The position numbers and the translations under genes are program-made. The notes under the pieces are model-generated. The model did no database searches and was not told the origin of the DNA. It was given only the letters and a program-made list of their open reading frames with translations. From the human T2T-CHM13v2.0 reference genome, Homo sapiens, in the NCBI RefSeq assembly GCF_009914755.1, contig NC_060939.1: a DNA stretch of 64,000 nucleotides; one strand, 5' to 3'. Positions 13,281 through 28,600 of the stretch are shown piece after piece; within the stretch, counting starts at the first letter, position 1, and the number at the start of each line of letters is the position of its first letter.

Positions 13281-16200
13281 TTCGTGTCCATTCCACTCCA
13301 GTCCATTCCATTCGTGTCCATTCCATTCCAGTCCATTCCATTTGTGTCCACTGCATTCCATTCCACTCCATTCCATATTATTCCATTACACTCCATTCCA
13401 TTCTATTACTTTCATTTCCATTCAATTCCATTCCATTTGATTCCATTCCACTCGGTTTCATTCCATTTGAGTCCACTCCATTCCATTCCATTCCATTCCA
13501 TTCAGTTCCATTCCATTCTGTTCCATTCCATTCCGTTCCATTCCATTCCATTCCATTCGGTACCATTCCATATTGTTCCATTCGATTCCATTCGAATCCA
13601 TTCCATTCCAGTCCATTCCATTCGATTCCATTCCATTCATTTCAATTCCATTCCATTCCATTCCATTACATTCCACTTGATTCCTCTCCATTCCCTTCCA
13701 CTGCATTCCGTTCGATTCCATTCCATTGCATTGCATTCCATTCCATTGGATTGCATTCCATTCGATTCCATTCCATTCGAATCAATTACATAGCAATCCA
13801 TTACATTCGAGTCTATTCTCTTCCGTTCCATTCGATTTCGTTCCAATCCATTCGATTCCATTCCATTCGATTCCATTCCATACTATTGCATTCCGTTCGA
13901 TTACATTATATTCGAATAAGTTCCATTCAAGACCATTTCTTTTGAGTCCATTCTATTTGAGTCCATTCCCTTTGATTCCATAACATTTGAGTCCATTCAA
14001 TTCCATTCCTTTCGTTTCCATTCCATTTGATGCCATTCCATTCAATTCTGTTCTACTCGACTCCAATACATTCAATTCCATTCCATCCGATTCCATTACA
14101 TTCTTTTCATTTCTTATCCATTTCAAGCCATTCCACTCCATTCCATTCCACTCGTTTCCTTTCCATTCGAGTCCATTCCTCTCCAGTCCATTCCGTTCAA
14201 TCCATTCCATTCCAGTCCATTCCATTCGAGTCCGTTCCATTCCAGTCCATTCCATTCGAGTCAATTCCATTCCATTCGATGTCTTTCCATAACGATCCAT
14301 TCCATTCTATTCCTTTCGATTCCATTCCATTCTATTTCATTCCATTCGATTCCCTTCCATTGGACTCCTTTCCATTCGAGTGCATTCCATTCCTTTCCAT
14401 TTCTTTCCGTTCTGTACGATTCCTACCGTTCGATTTCATTTTGTTCCAGTCCATTCCTTTCGCGTCCATTCCATTCCATTTCACTACATTCGATTTCACT
14501 CCATTCGATTCCATTCCACTCGAATCCACTTCGTTCCATTTCATTGCATTCCATTCTATTCAACTCTATTGCCTTCCATTCCATTCCATTCGATTACATT
14601 CCATGCGATTCCATTCGAAATCGAATCAATTACATTGCAATCCATTACTATTGAGTCCGTTTTATTCCAGTCCACTGCATTCTGGTCCATTCCATTTGAT
14701 TCCATTCCATTCTATTCCATTCCATACAGTTGCATTCCATTGGATTCCATGCTATATCTATAAATTCAATTCGAGACCATTGCTTTTGAGTCCATTCTAT
14801 ATGATTCCATTCCATTCAAGTCCATTACATTTGGTTCAATTCCATTCCATTCCATTCCCATCCATTCCATTCCATTTGATATCAATCCATTCGATTCCAT
14901 TCCATTCGAGCACATTCCATTCGAGTCCATTCCATTCGATGCCATTCCATTTGATTCTATTCCATTAGTCTCCATTCAATTCCATTAATCTCCATTCCAT
15001 TCCATTCTACTCCAACTGATTCCATTTCATTCTATTCCTTTCCATTCCATTTCATTCCATTCCATTCCATTCGTGTCCATTCCACTCCAGTCCATTCCAT
15101 TCGTGTCCATTCCATTCCAGTCCATTCCATTTGTGTCCACTGCATTCCATTCCACTCCATTCCATATTATTCCATTACACTCCATTCCATTCTATTACTT
15201 TCATTTCCATTCAATTCCATTCCATTTGATTCCATTCCACTCGGTTTCATTCCATTTGAGTCCACTCCATTCCATTCCATTCCATTCCATTCAGTTCCAT
15301 TCCATTCTGTTCCATTCCATTCCGTTCCATTACATTCCATTCCATTCGGTACCATTCCATATTGTTCCATTCGATTCCATTCGAATCCATTCCATTCCAG
15401 TCCATTCCATTCGATTCCATTCCATTCATTTCAATTCCATTCCATTCCATTCCATTCCATTCCACTTGATTCCTCTCCATTCCCTTCCACTGCATTCCGT
15501 TCGATTCCATTCCATTGCATTGCATTCCATTCCATTGGATTGCATTCCATTCGATTCCATTCCATTCGAATCAATTACATAGCAATCCATTACATTCGAG
15601 TCTATTCTATTCCGTTCCATTCGATTTCGTTCCAATCCATTCGATTCCATTCCATTCGATTCCATTCCATACTATTGCATTCCATTCGATTACATTATAT
15701 TCGAATAAGTTCCATTCAAGACCATTTCTTTTGAGTCCATTCTATTTGAGTCCATTCCCTTTGATTCCATAACATTTGAGTCCATTCAATTCCATTCCTT
15801 TCGTTTCCATTCCATTTGATGCCATTCCATTCAATTCTGTTCTACTCGACTCCAATACATTCAATTCCATTCCATCCGATTCCATTACATTCTTTTCATT
15901 TCTTATCCATTTCAAGCCATTCCACTCCATTCCATTCCACTCGTTTCCTTTCCATTCGAGTCCATTCCTCTCCAGTCCATTCCGTTCAATCCATTCCATT
16001 CCAGTCCATTCCATTCGAGTCCGTTCCATTCCAGTCCATTCCATTCGAGTCAATTCCATTCCATTCGATGTCTTTCCATAACGATCCATTCCATTCTATT
16101 CCTTTCGATTCCATTCCATTCTATTTCATTCCATTCGATTCCCTTCCATTGGACTCCTTTCCATTCGAGTGCATTCCATTCCTTTCCATTTCTTTCCGTT

Positions 16201-16699
16201 CTGTACGATTCCTACCGTTCGATTTCATTTTGTTCCAGTCCATTCCTTTCGCGTCCATTCCATTCCATTTCACTCCATTCGATTCCATTCCATTCGATTC
16301 CATTCTACTCGATTCCACTTCGTTCCATTTCATTGCATTCCATTCTATTCAACTCTATTGCCTTCCATTCCATTCCATTCGATTACATTCCATGCGATTC
16401 CATTCGAAATCGAATCAATTACATTGCAATCCATTACTATTGAGTCCGTTTTATTCCAGTCCACTGCATTCTGGTCCATTCCATTTGATTCCATTCCATT
16501 CTATTCCATTCCATACAGTTGCATTCCATTGGATTCCATGCTATATCTATAAATTCAATTCGAGACCATTGCTTTTGAGTCCATTCTATATGATTCCATT
16601 CCATTCAAGTCCATTACATTTGGTTCAATTCCATTCCATTCCATTCCCTTCCATTCCATTCCATTTGATATCAATCCATTCGATTCCATTCCATTCGAG

Positions 16700-19600
16700 C
16701 ACATTCCATTCGAGTCCATTCCATTCGATGCCATTCCATTTGATTCTATTCCATTAGTCTCCATTCAATTCCATTAATCTCCATTCCATTCCATTCTACT
16801 CCAACTGATTCCATTCCATTCTATTCCTTTCCATTCCATTTCATTCCATTCCATTCCATTTCATTCCATTCCATTCCATTCGTGTCCATTCCACTCCAGT
16901 CCATTCCATTCGTGTCCATTCCATTCCAGTCCATTCCATTTGTGTCCACTGCATTCCATTCCACTCCATTCCATATTATTCCATTACACTCCATTCCATT
17001 CTATTACTTTCATTTCCATTCAATTCCATTCCATTTGATTCCATTCCACTCGGTTTCATTCCATTTGAGTCCACTCCATTCCATTCCATTCCATTCCATT
17101 CAGTTCCATTCCATTCTGTTCCATTCCATTCCATTCCATTCGGTACTATTCCATAGTGTTCCATTCGATTCCATTCGAATCCATTCCATTCCACTCCTTT
17201 CCATTCGATTCCATTCCATTCATTTCAATTCCATTCCATTCCATTCCATTCCATTCCACTTGATTCCTCTCCATTCCCTTCCACTGCATTCCGTTCGATT
17301 CCATTCCATTGCATTGCATTCCATTCCATTGGATTGCATTCCATTCGATTCCATTCCATTCGAATCAATTACATAGCAATCCATTACATTCGAGTCTATT
17401 CTCTTCCGTTCCATTCGATTTCGTTCCAATCCATTCGATTCCATTCCATTCGATTCCATTCCATACTATTGCATTCCATTCGATTAAATTATATTCGAAT
17501 AAGTTCCATTCAAGACCATTTCTTTTGAGTCCATTCTATTTGAGTCCATTCCCTTTGATTCCATAACATTTGAGTCCATTCAATTCCATTCCTTTCGTTT
17601 CCATTCCATTTGATGCCATTCCATTCAATTCTGTTCTACTCGACTCCAATACATTCAATTCCATTCCATCCGATTCGATTACATTCTTTTCATTTCTTAT
17701 CCATTTCAAGCCATTCCACTCCATTCCATTCCACTCGTTTCCTTTCCATTCGAGTCCATTCCTCTCCAGTCCATTCCGTTCAATCCATTCCATTCCAGTC
17801 CATTCCATTCGAGTCCGTTCCATTCCATTCGATGTCTTTCCATAACGATCCATTCCATTCTATTCCTTTCGATTCCATTCCATTCTATTTCATTCCATTC
17901 GATTCCCTTCCATTGGACTCCTTTCCATTCGAGTGCATTCCATTCCGTTCCATTTCTTTCCATTCTGTACGATTCCTACCGTTCGATTTCATTTTGTTCC
18001 AGTCCATTCCTTTCGCGTCCATTCCATTCCATTTCACTCCATTCGATTCCATTCCACTCGATTCCACTTTGTTCCATTTCATTGCATTCCATTCTATTCA
18101 ACTCTATTGCCCTCCATTCCATTCCATTCGATTACATTCCATGCGATTCCATTCGAAATCGAATCAATTACATTGCAATCCATTACTATTGAGTCCGTTT
18201 TATTCCAGTCCACTGCATTCTGGTCCATTCCATTTGATTCCATTCCATTCTATTCCATTCCATACAGTTGCATTCCATTGGATTCCATTCTATATCTATA
18301 AATTCAATTCGAGACCATTGCTTTTGAGTCCATTCTATATGATTCCACTCCATTCAAGTCCATTACATTTGGTTCAATTCCATTCCATTCCATTCCCTTC
18401 CATTCCATTCCAGTTGATATCAATCCATTCGATTCCATTCCATTCGAGCACATTCCATTCGAGTCCATTCCATTCGATGCCATTCCATTTGATTCTATTC
18501 CATTAGTCTCCATTCAATTCCATTAATCTCCATTCCATTCCATTCTACTCCAACTGATTCCATTCCATTCTATTCCTTTCCATTCCATTTCATTCCATTC
18601 CATTCCATTTCATTCCATTCCATTCCATTCGTGTCCATTCCACTCCAGTCCATTCCATTCGTGTCCATTCCATTCCAGTCCCTTCCATTTGTGTCCACTG
18701 CATTCCATTCCACTCCATTCCATATTATTCCATTACACTCCATTCCATTCTATTACTTTCATTTCCATTCAATTCCATTCCATTTGATTCCATTCCACTC
18801 GGTTTCATTCCATTTGAGTCCACTCCATTCCATTCCATTCCATTCCATTCAGTTCCATTCCATTCTGTTCCATTCCATTCCGTTCCATTACATTCCATTC
18901 CATTCGGTACCATTCCATATTGTTCTATTCGATTCCATTCGAATCCATTCCATTCCAGTCCATTCCATTCGATTCCATTCCATTCATTTCAATTCCATTC
19001 CATTCCATTCCATTCCATTCCACTTGATTCCTCTCCATTCCCTTCCACTGCATTCCATTCGATTCCATTCCATTGCATTGCATTCCATTCCATTGGATTG
19101 CATTCCATTCGATTCCATTCCATTCGAATCAATTACATAGCAATCCATTACATTCGAGTCTATTCTCTTCCGTTCCATTCGATTTCGTTCCAATCCATTC
19201 GATTCCATTCCATTCGATTCCATTCCATACTATTGCATTCCATTCGATTACATTATATTCGAATAAGTTCCATTCAAGACCATTTCTTTTGAGTCCATTC
19301 TATTTGAGTCCATTCCCTTTGATTCCATAACATTTGAGTCCATTCAATTCCATTCCTTTCGTTTCCATTCCATTTGATGCCATTCCATTCAATTCTGTTC
19401 TACTCGACTCCAATACATTCAATTCCATTCCATCCGATTCCATTACATTCTTTTCATTTCTTATCCATTTCAAGCCATTCCACTCCATTCCATTCCACTC
19501 GTTTCCTTTCCATTCGAGTCCATTCCTCTCCAGTCCATTCCGTTCAATCCATTCCATTCCAGTCCATTCCATTCGAGTCCGTTCCATTCCAGTCCATTCC

Positions 19601-22600
19601 ATTCGAGTCAATTCCATTCCATTCGATGTCTTTCCATAACGATCCATTCCATTCTATTCCTTTCGATTCCATTCCATTCTATTTCATTCCATTCGATTCC
19701 CTTCCATTGGACTCCTTTCCATTCGAGTGCATTCCATTCCTTTCCATTTCTTTCCGTTCTGTACGATTCCTACCGTTCGATTTCATTTTGTTCCAGTCCA
19801 TTCCTTTCGCGTCCATTCCATTCCATTTCACTCCATTCGATTCCATTCCACTCGATTCCACTTCGTTCCATTTCATTGCATTCCATTCTATTCAACTCTA
19901 TTGCCTTCCATTCCATTCCATTCGATTACATTCCATGCGATTCCATTCGAAATCGAATCAATTACATTGCAATCCATTACTATTGAGTCCGTTTTATTCC
20001 AGTCCACTGCATTCTGGTCTATTCCATTTGATTCCATTCCATTCTATTCCATTCCATACAGTTGCATTCCATTGGATTCCATGCTATATCTATAAATTCA
20101 ATTCGAGACCATTGCTTTTGAGTCCATTCTATATGATTCCATTCCATTCAAGTCCATTACATTTGGTTCAATTCCATTCCATTCCATTCCCTTCCATTCC
20201 ATTCCATTTGATATCAATCCATTCGATTCCATTCCATTCGAGCACATTCCATTCGAGTCCATTCCATTCGATGCCATTCCATTTGATTCTATTCCATTAG
20301 TCTCCATTCAATTCCATTAATCTCCATTCCATTCCATTCTACTCCAACTGATTCCATTCCATTCTATTCCTTTCCATTCCATTTCATTCCATTCCATTCC
20401 ATTTCATTCCATTCCATTCCATTCGTGTCCATTCCACTCCAGTCCATTCCATTCGTGTCCATTCCATTCCAGTCCATTCCATTTGTGTCCACTGCATTCC
20501 ATTCCTCTCCATTCCATATTATTCCATTACACTCCATTCCATTCTATTACTTTCATTTCCATTCAATTCCATTCCATTTGATTCCATTCCACTCGGTTTC
20601 ATTCCATTTGAGTCCACTCCATTCCATTCCATTCCATTCCATTCAGTTCCATTCCATTCTGTTCCATTCCATTCCGTTCCATTACATTCCATTCCATTCG
20701 GTACCATTCCATATTGTTCCATTCGATTCCATTCGAATCCATTCCATTCCAGTCCATTCCATTCGATTCCATTCCATTCATTTCAATTCCATTCCATTCC
20801 ATTCCATTCCATTCCACTTGATTCCTCTCCATTCCCTTCCACTGCATTCCGTTCGATTCCATTCCATTGCATTGCATTCCATTCCATTGGATTGCATTCC
20901 ATTCGATTCCATTCCATTCGAATCAATTACATAGCAATCCATTACATTCGAGTCTATTCTCTTCTGTTCCATTCGATTTCGTTCCAATCCATTCGATTCC
21001 ATTCCATTCGATTCCATTCCATACTATTGCATTCCATTCGATTACATTATATTCGAATAAGTTCCATTCAAGACCATTTCTTTTGAGTCCATTCTATTTG
21101 AGTCCATTCCCTTTGATTCCATAACATTTGAGTCCATTCAATTCCATTCCTTTCGTTTCCATTCCATTTGATGCCATTCCATTCAATTCTGTTCTACTCG
21201 ACTCCAATACATTCAATTCCATTCCATCCGATTCCATTACATTCTTTTCATTTCTTATCCATTTCAAGCCATTCCACTCCATTCCATTCCACTCGTTATC
21301 TTTCCATTCGAGTCCATTCCTCTCCAGTCCATTCCGTTCAATCCATTCCATTCCAGTCCATTCCATTCGAGTCCGTTCCATTCCAGTCCATTCCATTCGA
21401 GTCAATTCCATTCCATTCGATGTCTTTCCATAACGATCCATTCCATTCTATTCCTTTCGATTCCATTCCATTCTATTTCATTCCATTCGATTCCCTTCCA
21501 TTGGACTCCTTTCCATTCGAGTGCATTCCATTCCGTTCCATTTCTTTCCGTTCTGTACGATTCCTACCGTTCGATTTCATTTTGTTCCAGTCCATTCCTT
21601 TCGCGTCCATTCCATTCCATTTCACTACATTCGATTCCATTCCATTCGATTCCATTCTACTCGATTCCACTTCGTTCCATTTCATTGCATTCCATTCTAT
21701 TCAACTCTATTGCCTTCCATTCCATTCCATTCGATTACATTCCATGCGATTCCATTCGAAATCGAATCAATTACGTTGAAATTCATTACTATTTAGTCCG
21801 TTTTATTCCAGTCCACTGCATTCTGGTCCATTCCATTTGATTCCATTCCATTCTATTCCATTCCATACAGTTGCATTCCATTGGATTCCATGCTATATCT
21901 ATAAATTCAATTCGAGACCATTGCTTTTGAGTCCATTCTATATGATTCCATTCCATTCAAGTCCATTACATTTGGTTCAATTCCATTCCATTCCATTCCC
22001 TTCCATTCCATTCCAGTTGATATCAATCCATTCGATTCCATTCCATTCGAGCACATTCCATTCGAGTCCATTCCATTCGATGCCATTCCATTTGATTCTA
22101 TTCCATTAGTCTCCATTCAACTCCATTAATCTCCATTCCATTCCATTCTACTCCAACTGATTCCATTCCATTCTATTCCTTTCCATTCCATTTCATTCCA
22201 TTCCATTCCATTTCATTCCATTCCATTCCATTCGTGTCCATTCCACTCCAGTCCATTCCATTCGTGTCCATTCCATTCCAGTCCATTCCATTTGTGTCCA
22301 CTGCATTCCATTCCACTCCATTCCATATTATTCCATTACACTCCATTCCATTCTATTACTTTCATTTCCATTCAATTCCATTCCATTTGATTCCATTCCA
22401 CTCGGTTTCATTCCATTTGAGTCCACTCCATTCCATTCCATTCCATTCAGTTCCATTACATTCCATTCCATTCGGTACCATTCCATATTGTTCCATTCGA
22501 TTCCATTCGAATCCATTCCATTCCAGTCCATTCCATTCGATTCCATTCCATTCATTTCAAGTCCATTCCATTCCATTCCATTACATTCCACTTGATTCCT

Positions 22601-25600
22601 CTCCATTCGCTTCCACTGCATTCCGTTCGATTCCATTCCATTGCATTGCATTCCATTCCATTGGATTGCATTCCATTCGATTCCATTCCATTCGAATCAA
22701 TTACATAGCAATCCATTACATTCGAGTCTATTCTATTCCGTTCCATTCGATTTCGTTCCAATCCATTCGATTCCATTCCATTCGATTCCATTCCATACTA
22801 TTGCATTCCATTCGATTACATTATATTCGAATAAGTTCCATTCAAGACCATTTCTTTTGAGTCCATTCTATTTGAGTCCATTCCCTTTGATTCCATAACA
22901 TTTGAGTCCATTCAATTCCATTCCTTTCGTTTCCATTCCATTTGATGCCATTCCATTCAATTCTGTTCTACTCGACTCCAATACATTCAATTCCATTCCA
23001 TCCGATTCCATTACATTCTTTTCATTTCTTATCCATTTCAAGCCATTCCACTCCATTCCATTCCACTCGTTTCCTTTCCATTCGAGTCCATTCCTCTCCA
23101 GTCCATTCCGTTCAATCCATTCCATTCCAGTCCATTCCATTCGAGTCCGTTCCATTCCAGTCCATTCCATTCGAGTCAATTCCATTCCATTCGATGTCTT
23201 TCCATAACGATCCATTCCATTCTATTCCTTTCGATTCCATTCCATTCTATTTCATTCCATTCGATTCCCTTCCATTGGACTCCTTTCCATTCGAGTGCAT
23301 TCCATTCCGTTCCATTTCTTTCCGTTCTGTACGATTCCTACCGTTCGATTTCATTTTGTTCCAGTCCATTCCTTTTGCGTCCATTCCATTCCATTTCACT
23401 CCATTCGATTCCATTCCACTCGATTCCACTTCGTTCCATTTCATTGCATTCCATTCTATTCAACTCTATTGCCTTCCATTCCATTCCATTCGATTACATT
23501 CCATGCGATTCCATTCGAAATCGAATCAATTACATTGCAATCCATTACAATTGAGTCCGTTTTATTCCAGTCCACTGCATTCTGGTCCATTCCATTTGAT
23601 TCCATTCCATTCTATTCCATTCCATACAGTTGCATTCCATTGGATTCCATTCTATATCTATAAATTCAATTCGAGACCATTGCTTTTGAGTCCATTCTAT
23701 ATGATTCCATTCCATTCAAGTCCATTACATTTGGTTCAATTCCATTCCATTCCATTCCCTTCCATTCCATTCCAGTTGTTATCAATCCATTCGATTCCAT
23801 TCCATTCGAGCACATTCCATTCGAGTCCATTCCATTCGATGCCATTCCATTTGATTCTATTCCATTAGTCTCCATTCAATTCCATTAATCTCCATTCCAT
23901 TCCATTCTACTCCAACTGATTCCATTCCATTCTATTCCTTTCCATTCCATTTCATTCCATTCCATTCCATTTCATTCCATTCCATTCCATTCGCTTCCAT
24001 TCCATTCGTGTCCATTCCACTCCAGTCCATTCCATTCGTGTCCATTCCATTCCAGTCCATTCCATTTGTGTCCACTGCATTCCATTCCACTCCATTCCAT
24101 ATTATTCCATTACACTCCCTTCCATTCTATTACTTTCATTTCCATTCATTTCCATTCCATTTGATTCCATTCCACTCGGTTTCATTCCATTTGAGTCCAC
24201 TCCATTCCATTCCATTCCATTCCATTCAGTTCCATTCCATTCTGTTCCATTCCATTCCGTTCCATTGCATTCCATTCCATTCGGTACCATTCCATATTGT
24301 TCCATTTGATTCCATTCGAATCCATTCCATTCCAGTCCATTCCATTCGATTCCATTCCATTCCTTTCAATTCCATTCCATTCCATTCCATTCCACTTGAT
24401 TCCACTCCATTCCCTTCCACTGCATTCCATTCGATTCCATTCCATTGCATTGCATTCCATTCCATTGGACTGCATTTCATTCGATTCCATTCCATGCGAA
24501 TCAATTACATAGCAATCCATTACATTCGAGTCTATTCTATTCCGTTCCATTCGATTTCGTTCCAATCCATTCGATTCCATTCCATTCGATTCCATTCCAT
24601 ACTATTGCATTCCATTCTATTACATTATATTCGAATAAGTTCCATTCAAGACCATTTCTTTTGAGTCCATTCTATTTGAGTCCATTCCCTTTGATTCCAT
24701 AACATTTGAGTCCATTCAATTCCATTCCTTTCGTTTCCATTCCATTTGATGCCATTCCATTCAATTCTGTTCTACTCGACTCCAATACATTCAATTCCAT
24801 TCCATCCGATTCCACTACATTCTTTTCATTTCTTATCCATTTCAAGCCATTCCACTCCATTCCATTCCACTCGTTTCCTTTCCATTCGAGTCCATTCCTC
24901 TCCAGTCCATTCCGTTCAATCCATTCCATTCCAGTCCATTCCATTCGAGTCCGTTCCATTCCAGACCATTCCAATCGAGTCAATTCCATTCCATTCGATG
25001 TCTTTCCATAACGATCCATTCCATTCTATTCCTTTCGATTCCATTCCATTCTATTTCATTCCATTTGATTCCCTTCCATTGGACTCCTTTCCATTCGAGT
25101 GCATTCCATTCCGTTCCATTTCTTTCCGTTCTGTACGATTCCTACCGTTCGATTTCATTTTGTTCCAGTCCATTCCTTTCGCGTCCATTCCATTCCATTT
25201 CACTCCATTCGATTCCATTCCACTCGATTCCACTTCGTTCCATTTCATTGCATTCCATTCTATTCAACTCTATTGCCTTCCATTCCATTCCATTCGATTA
25301 CATTCCATGCGATTCCATTCGAAATCGAATCAATTACATTGCAATCCATTACTATTGAGTCCGTTTTATTCCAGTCCACTGCATTCTGGTCTATTCCATT
25401 TGATTCCATTCCATTCTATTCCATTCCATACAGTTGCATTCCATTGGATTCCATGCTATATCTATAAATTCAATTCGAGACCATTGCTTTTGAGTCCATT
25501 CTATATGATTCCAATCCATTCAAGTCCATTACATTTGGTTGAATTCCATTCCATTCCATTCCCTTCCATTCCATTCCAGTTGATATCAATCCATTCGATT

Positions 25601-28600
25601 CCATTCCATTCGAGCACATTCCATTCGAGTCCATTCCATTCGATGCCATTCCATTTGATTCTATTCCATTAGTCTCCATTCAATTCCATTAATCTCCATT
25701 CCATTCCATTCTACTCCAACTGATTCCATTCCATTCTATTCCTTTCCATTCCATTTCATTCCATTCTATTCCATTTCATTCCATTCCATTCCATTCGTGT
25801 CCATTCCACTCCAGTCCATTCCATTCGTGTCCATTCCATTCCAGTCCATTCCATTTGTGTCCACTGCATTCCATTACACTCCATTCCATATTATTCCATT
25901 ACACTCCATTCCATTCTATTACTTTCATTTCCATTCAATTCCATTCCATTTGATTCCATTCCACTCGGTTTCATTCCATTTGAGTCCACTCCATTCCATT
26001 CCATTCCATTCAGTTCCATTACATTCCATTCCATTCGGTACCATTCCATATTGTTCCATTCGATTCCATTCGAATCCATTCCATTCCAGTCCATTCCATT
26101 CGATTCCATTCCATTCATTTCAATTCCATTCCATTCCATTCCATTACATTCCACTTGATTCCTCTCCATTCCCTTCCACTGCATTCCGTTCGATTCCATT
26201 CCATTTCATTGCATTCCATTCCATTGGATTGCATTCCATTCGATTCCATTCCATTCGAATGAATTACATAGCAATCCATTACATTCGAGTCTATTCTATT
26301 CCGTTCCATTCGATTTTGTTCCAATCCATTCGATTCCATTCCATTCGATTCCATTCCATACTATTGCATTCCATTCGATTACATTATATTCGAATAAGTT
26401 CCATTCAAGACCATTTCTTTTGAGTCCATTCGATTTGAGTCCATTCCCTTTGATTCCATAACATTTGAGTCCATTCAATTCCATTCCTTTCGTTTCCATT
26501 CCATTTGATGCCATTCCATTCAATTCTGTTCTACTCGACTCCAATACATTCAATTCCACTCCATCCGATTCCATTACATTCTTTTCATTTCTTATCCATT
26601 TCAAGCCATTCCACTCCATTCCATTCCACTCGTTTCCTTTCCATTCGAGTCCATTCCTCTCCAGTCCATTCCGTTCAATCCATTCCATTCCAGTCCATTC
26701 CATTCGAGTCCGTTCCATTCCAGTCCATTCCATTCGAGTCAATTCCATTCCATTCGATGTCTTTCCATAACGATCCATTCCATTCTATTCCTTTCGATTC
26801 CATTCCATTCTATTTCATTCCATTCGATTCCCTTCCATTGGACTCCTTTCCATTCGAGTGCATTCCATTCCGTTCCATTTCTTTCCGTTCTGTACGATTC
26901 CTACCGTTCGATTTCATTTTGTTCCAGTCCATTCCTTTTGCGTCCATTCCATTCCATTTCACTCCATTCGATTCCATTCCACTCGATTCCACTTCGTTCC
27001 ATTTCATTGCATTCCATTCTATTCAACTCTATTGCCTTCCATTCCATTCCATTCGATTACATTCCATGCGATTCCATTCGAAATCGAATCAATTACATTG
27101 CAATCCATTACAATTGAGTCCGTTTTATTCCAGTCCACTGCATTCTGGTCCATTCCATTTGATTCCATTCCATTCTATTCCATTCCATACAGTTGCATTC
27201 CATTGGATTCCATTCTATATCTATAAATTCAATTCGAGACCATTGCTTTTGAGTCCATTCTATATGATTCCATTCCTTTCAAGTCCATTACATTTGGTTC
27301 AATTCCATTCCATTCCATTCCCTTCCATTCCATTCCAGTTGATATCAATCCATTCGATTCCATTCCATTCGAGCACATTCCATTCGAGTCCATTCCATTC
27401 GATGCCATTCCATTTGATTCTATTCCATTAGTCTCCATTCAATTCCATTAATCTCCATTCCATTCCATTCTACTCCAACTGATTCCATTCCATTCTATTC
27501 CTTTCCATTCCATTTCATTCCATTCCATTCCATTTCATTCCATTCCATTCCATTCGCTTCCATTCCATTCGTGTCCATTCCACTCCAGTCCATTCCATTC
27601 GTGTCCATTCCATTCCAGTCCATTCCATTTGTGTCCACTGCATTCCATTCCACTCCATTCCATATTATTCCATTACACTCCCTTCCATTCTATTACTTTC
27701 ATTTCCATTCATTTCCATTCCATTTGATTCCATTCCACTCGGTTTCATTCCATTTGAGTCCACTCCATTCCATTCCATTCCATTCCATTCAGTTCCATTC
27801 CATTCTGTTCCATTCCATTCCGTTCCATTGCATTCCATTCCATTCGGTACCATTCCATATTGTTCCATTTGATTCCATTCGAATCCATTCCATTCCAGTC
27901 CATTCCATTCGATTCCATTCCATTCCTTTCAATTCCATTCCATTCCATTCCATTCCACTTGATTCCACTCCATTCCCTTCCACTGCATTCCATTCGATTC
28001 CATTCCATTGCATTGCATTCCATTCCATTGGACTGCATTTCATTCGATTCCATTCCATGCGAATCAATTACATAGCAATCCATTACATTCGAGTCTATTC
28101 TATTCCGTTCCATTCGATTTCGTTCCAATCCATTCGATTCCATTCCATTCGATTCCATTCCATACTATTGCATTCCATTCTATTACATTATATTCGAATA
28201 AGTTCCATTCAAGACCATTTCTTTTGAGTCCATTCTATTTGAGTCCATTCCCTTTGATTCCATAACATTTGAGTCCATTCAATTCCATTCCTTTCGTTTC
28301 CATTCCATTTGATGCCATTCCATTCAATTCTGTTCTACTCGACTCCAATACATTCAATTCCATTCCATCCGATTCCATTACATTCTTTTCATTTCTTATC
28401 CATTTCAAGCCATTCCACTCCATTCCATTCCACTCGTTTCCTTTCCATTCGAGTCCATTCCTCTCCAGTCCATTCCGTTCAATCCATTCCATTCCAGTCC
28501 ATTCCATTCGAGTCCGTTCCATTCCAGACCATTCCAATCGAGTCAATTCCATTCCATTCGATGTCTTTCCATAACGATCCATTCCATTCTATTCCTTTCG

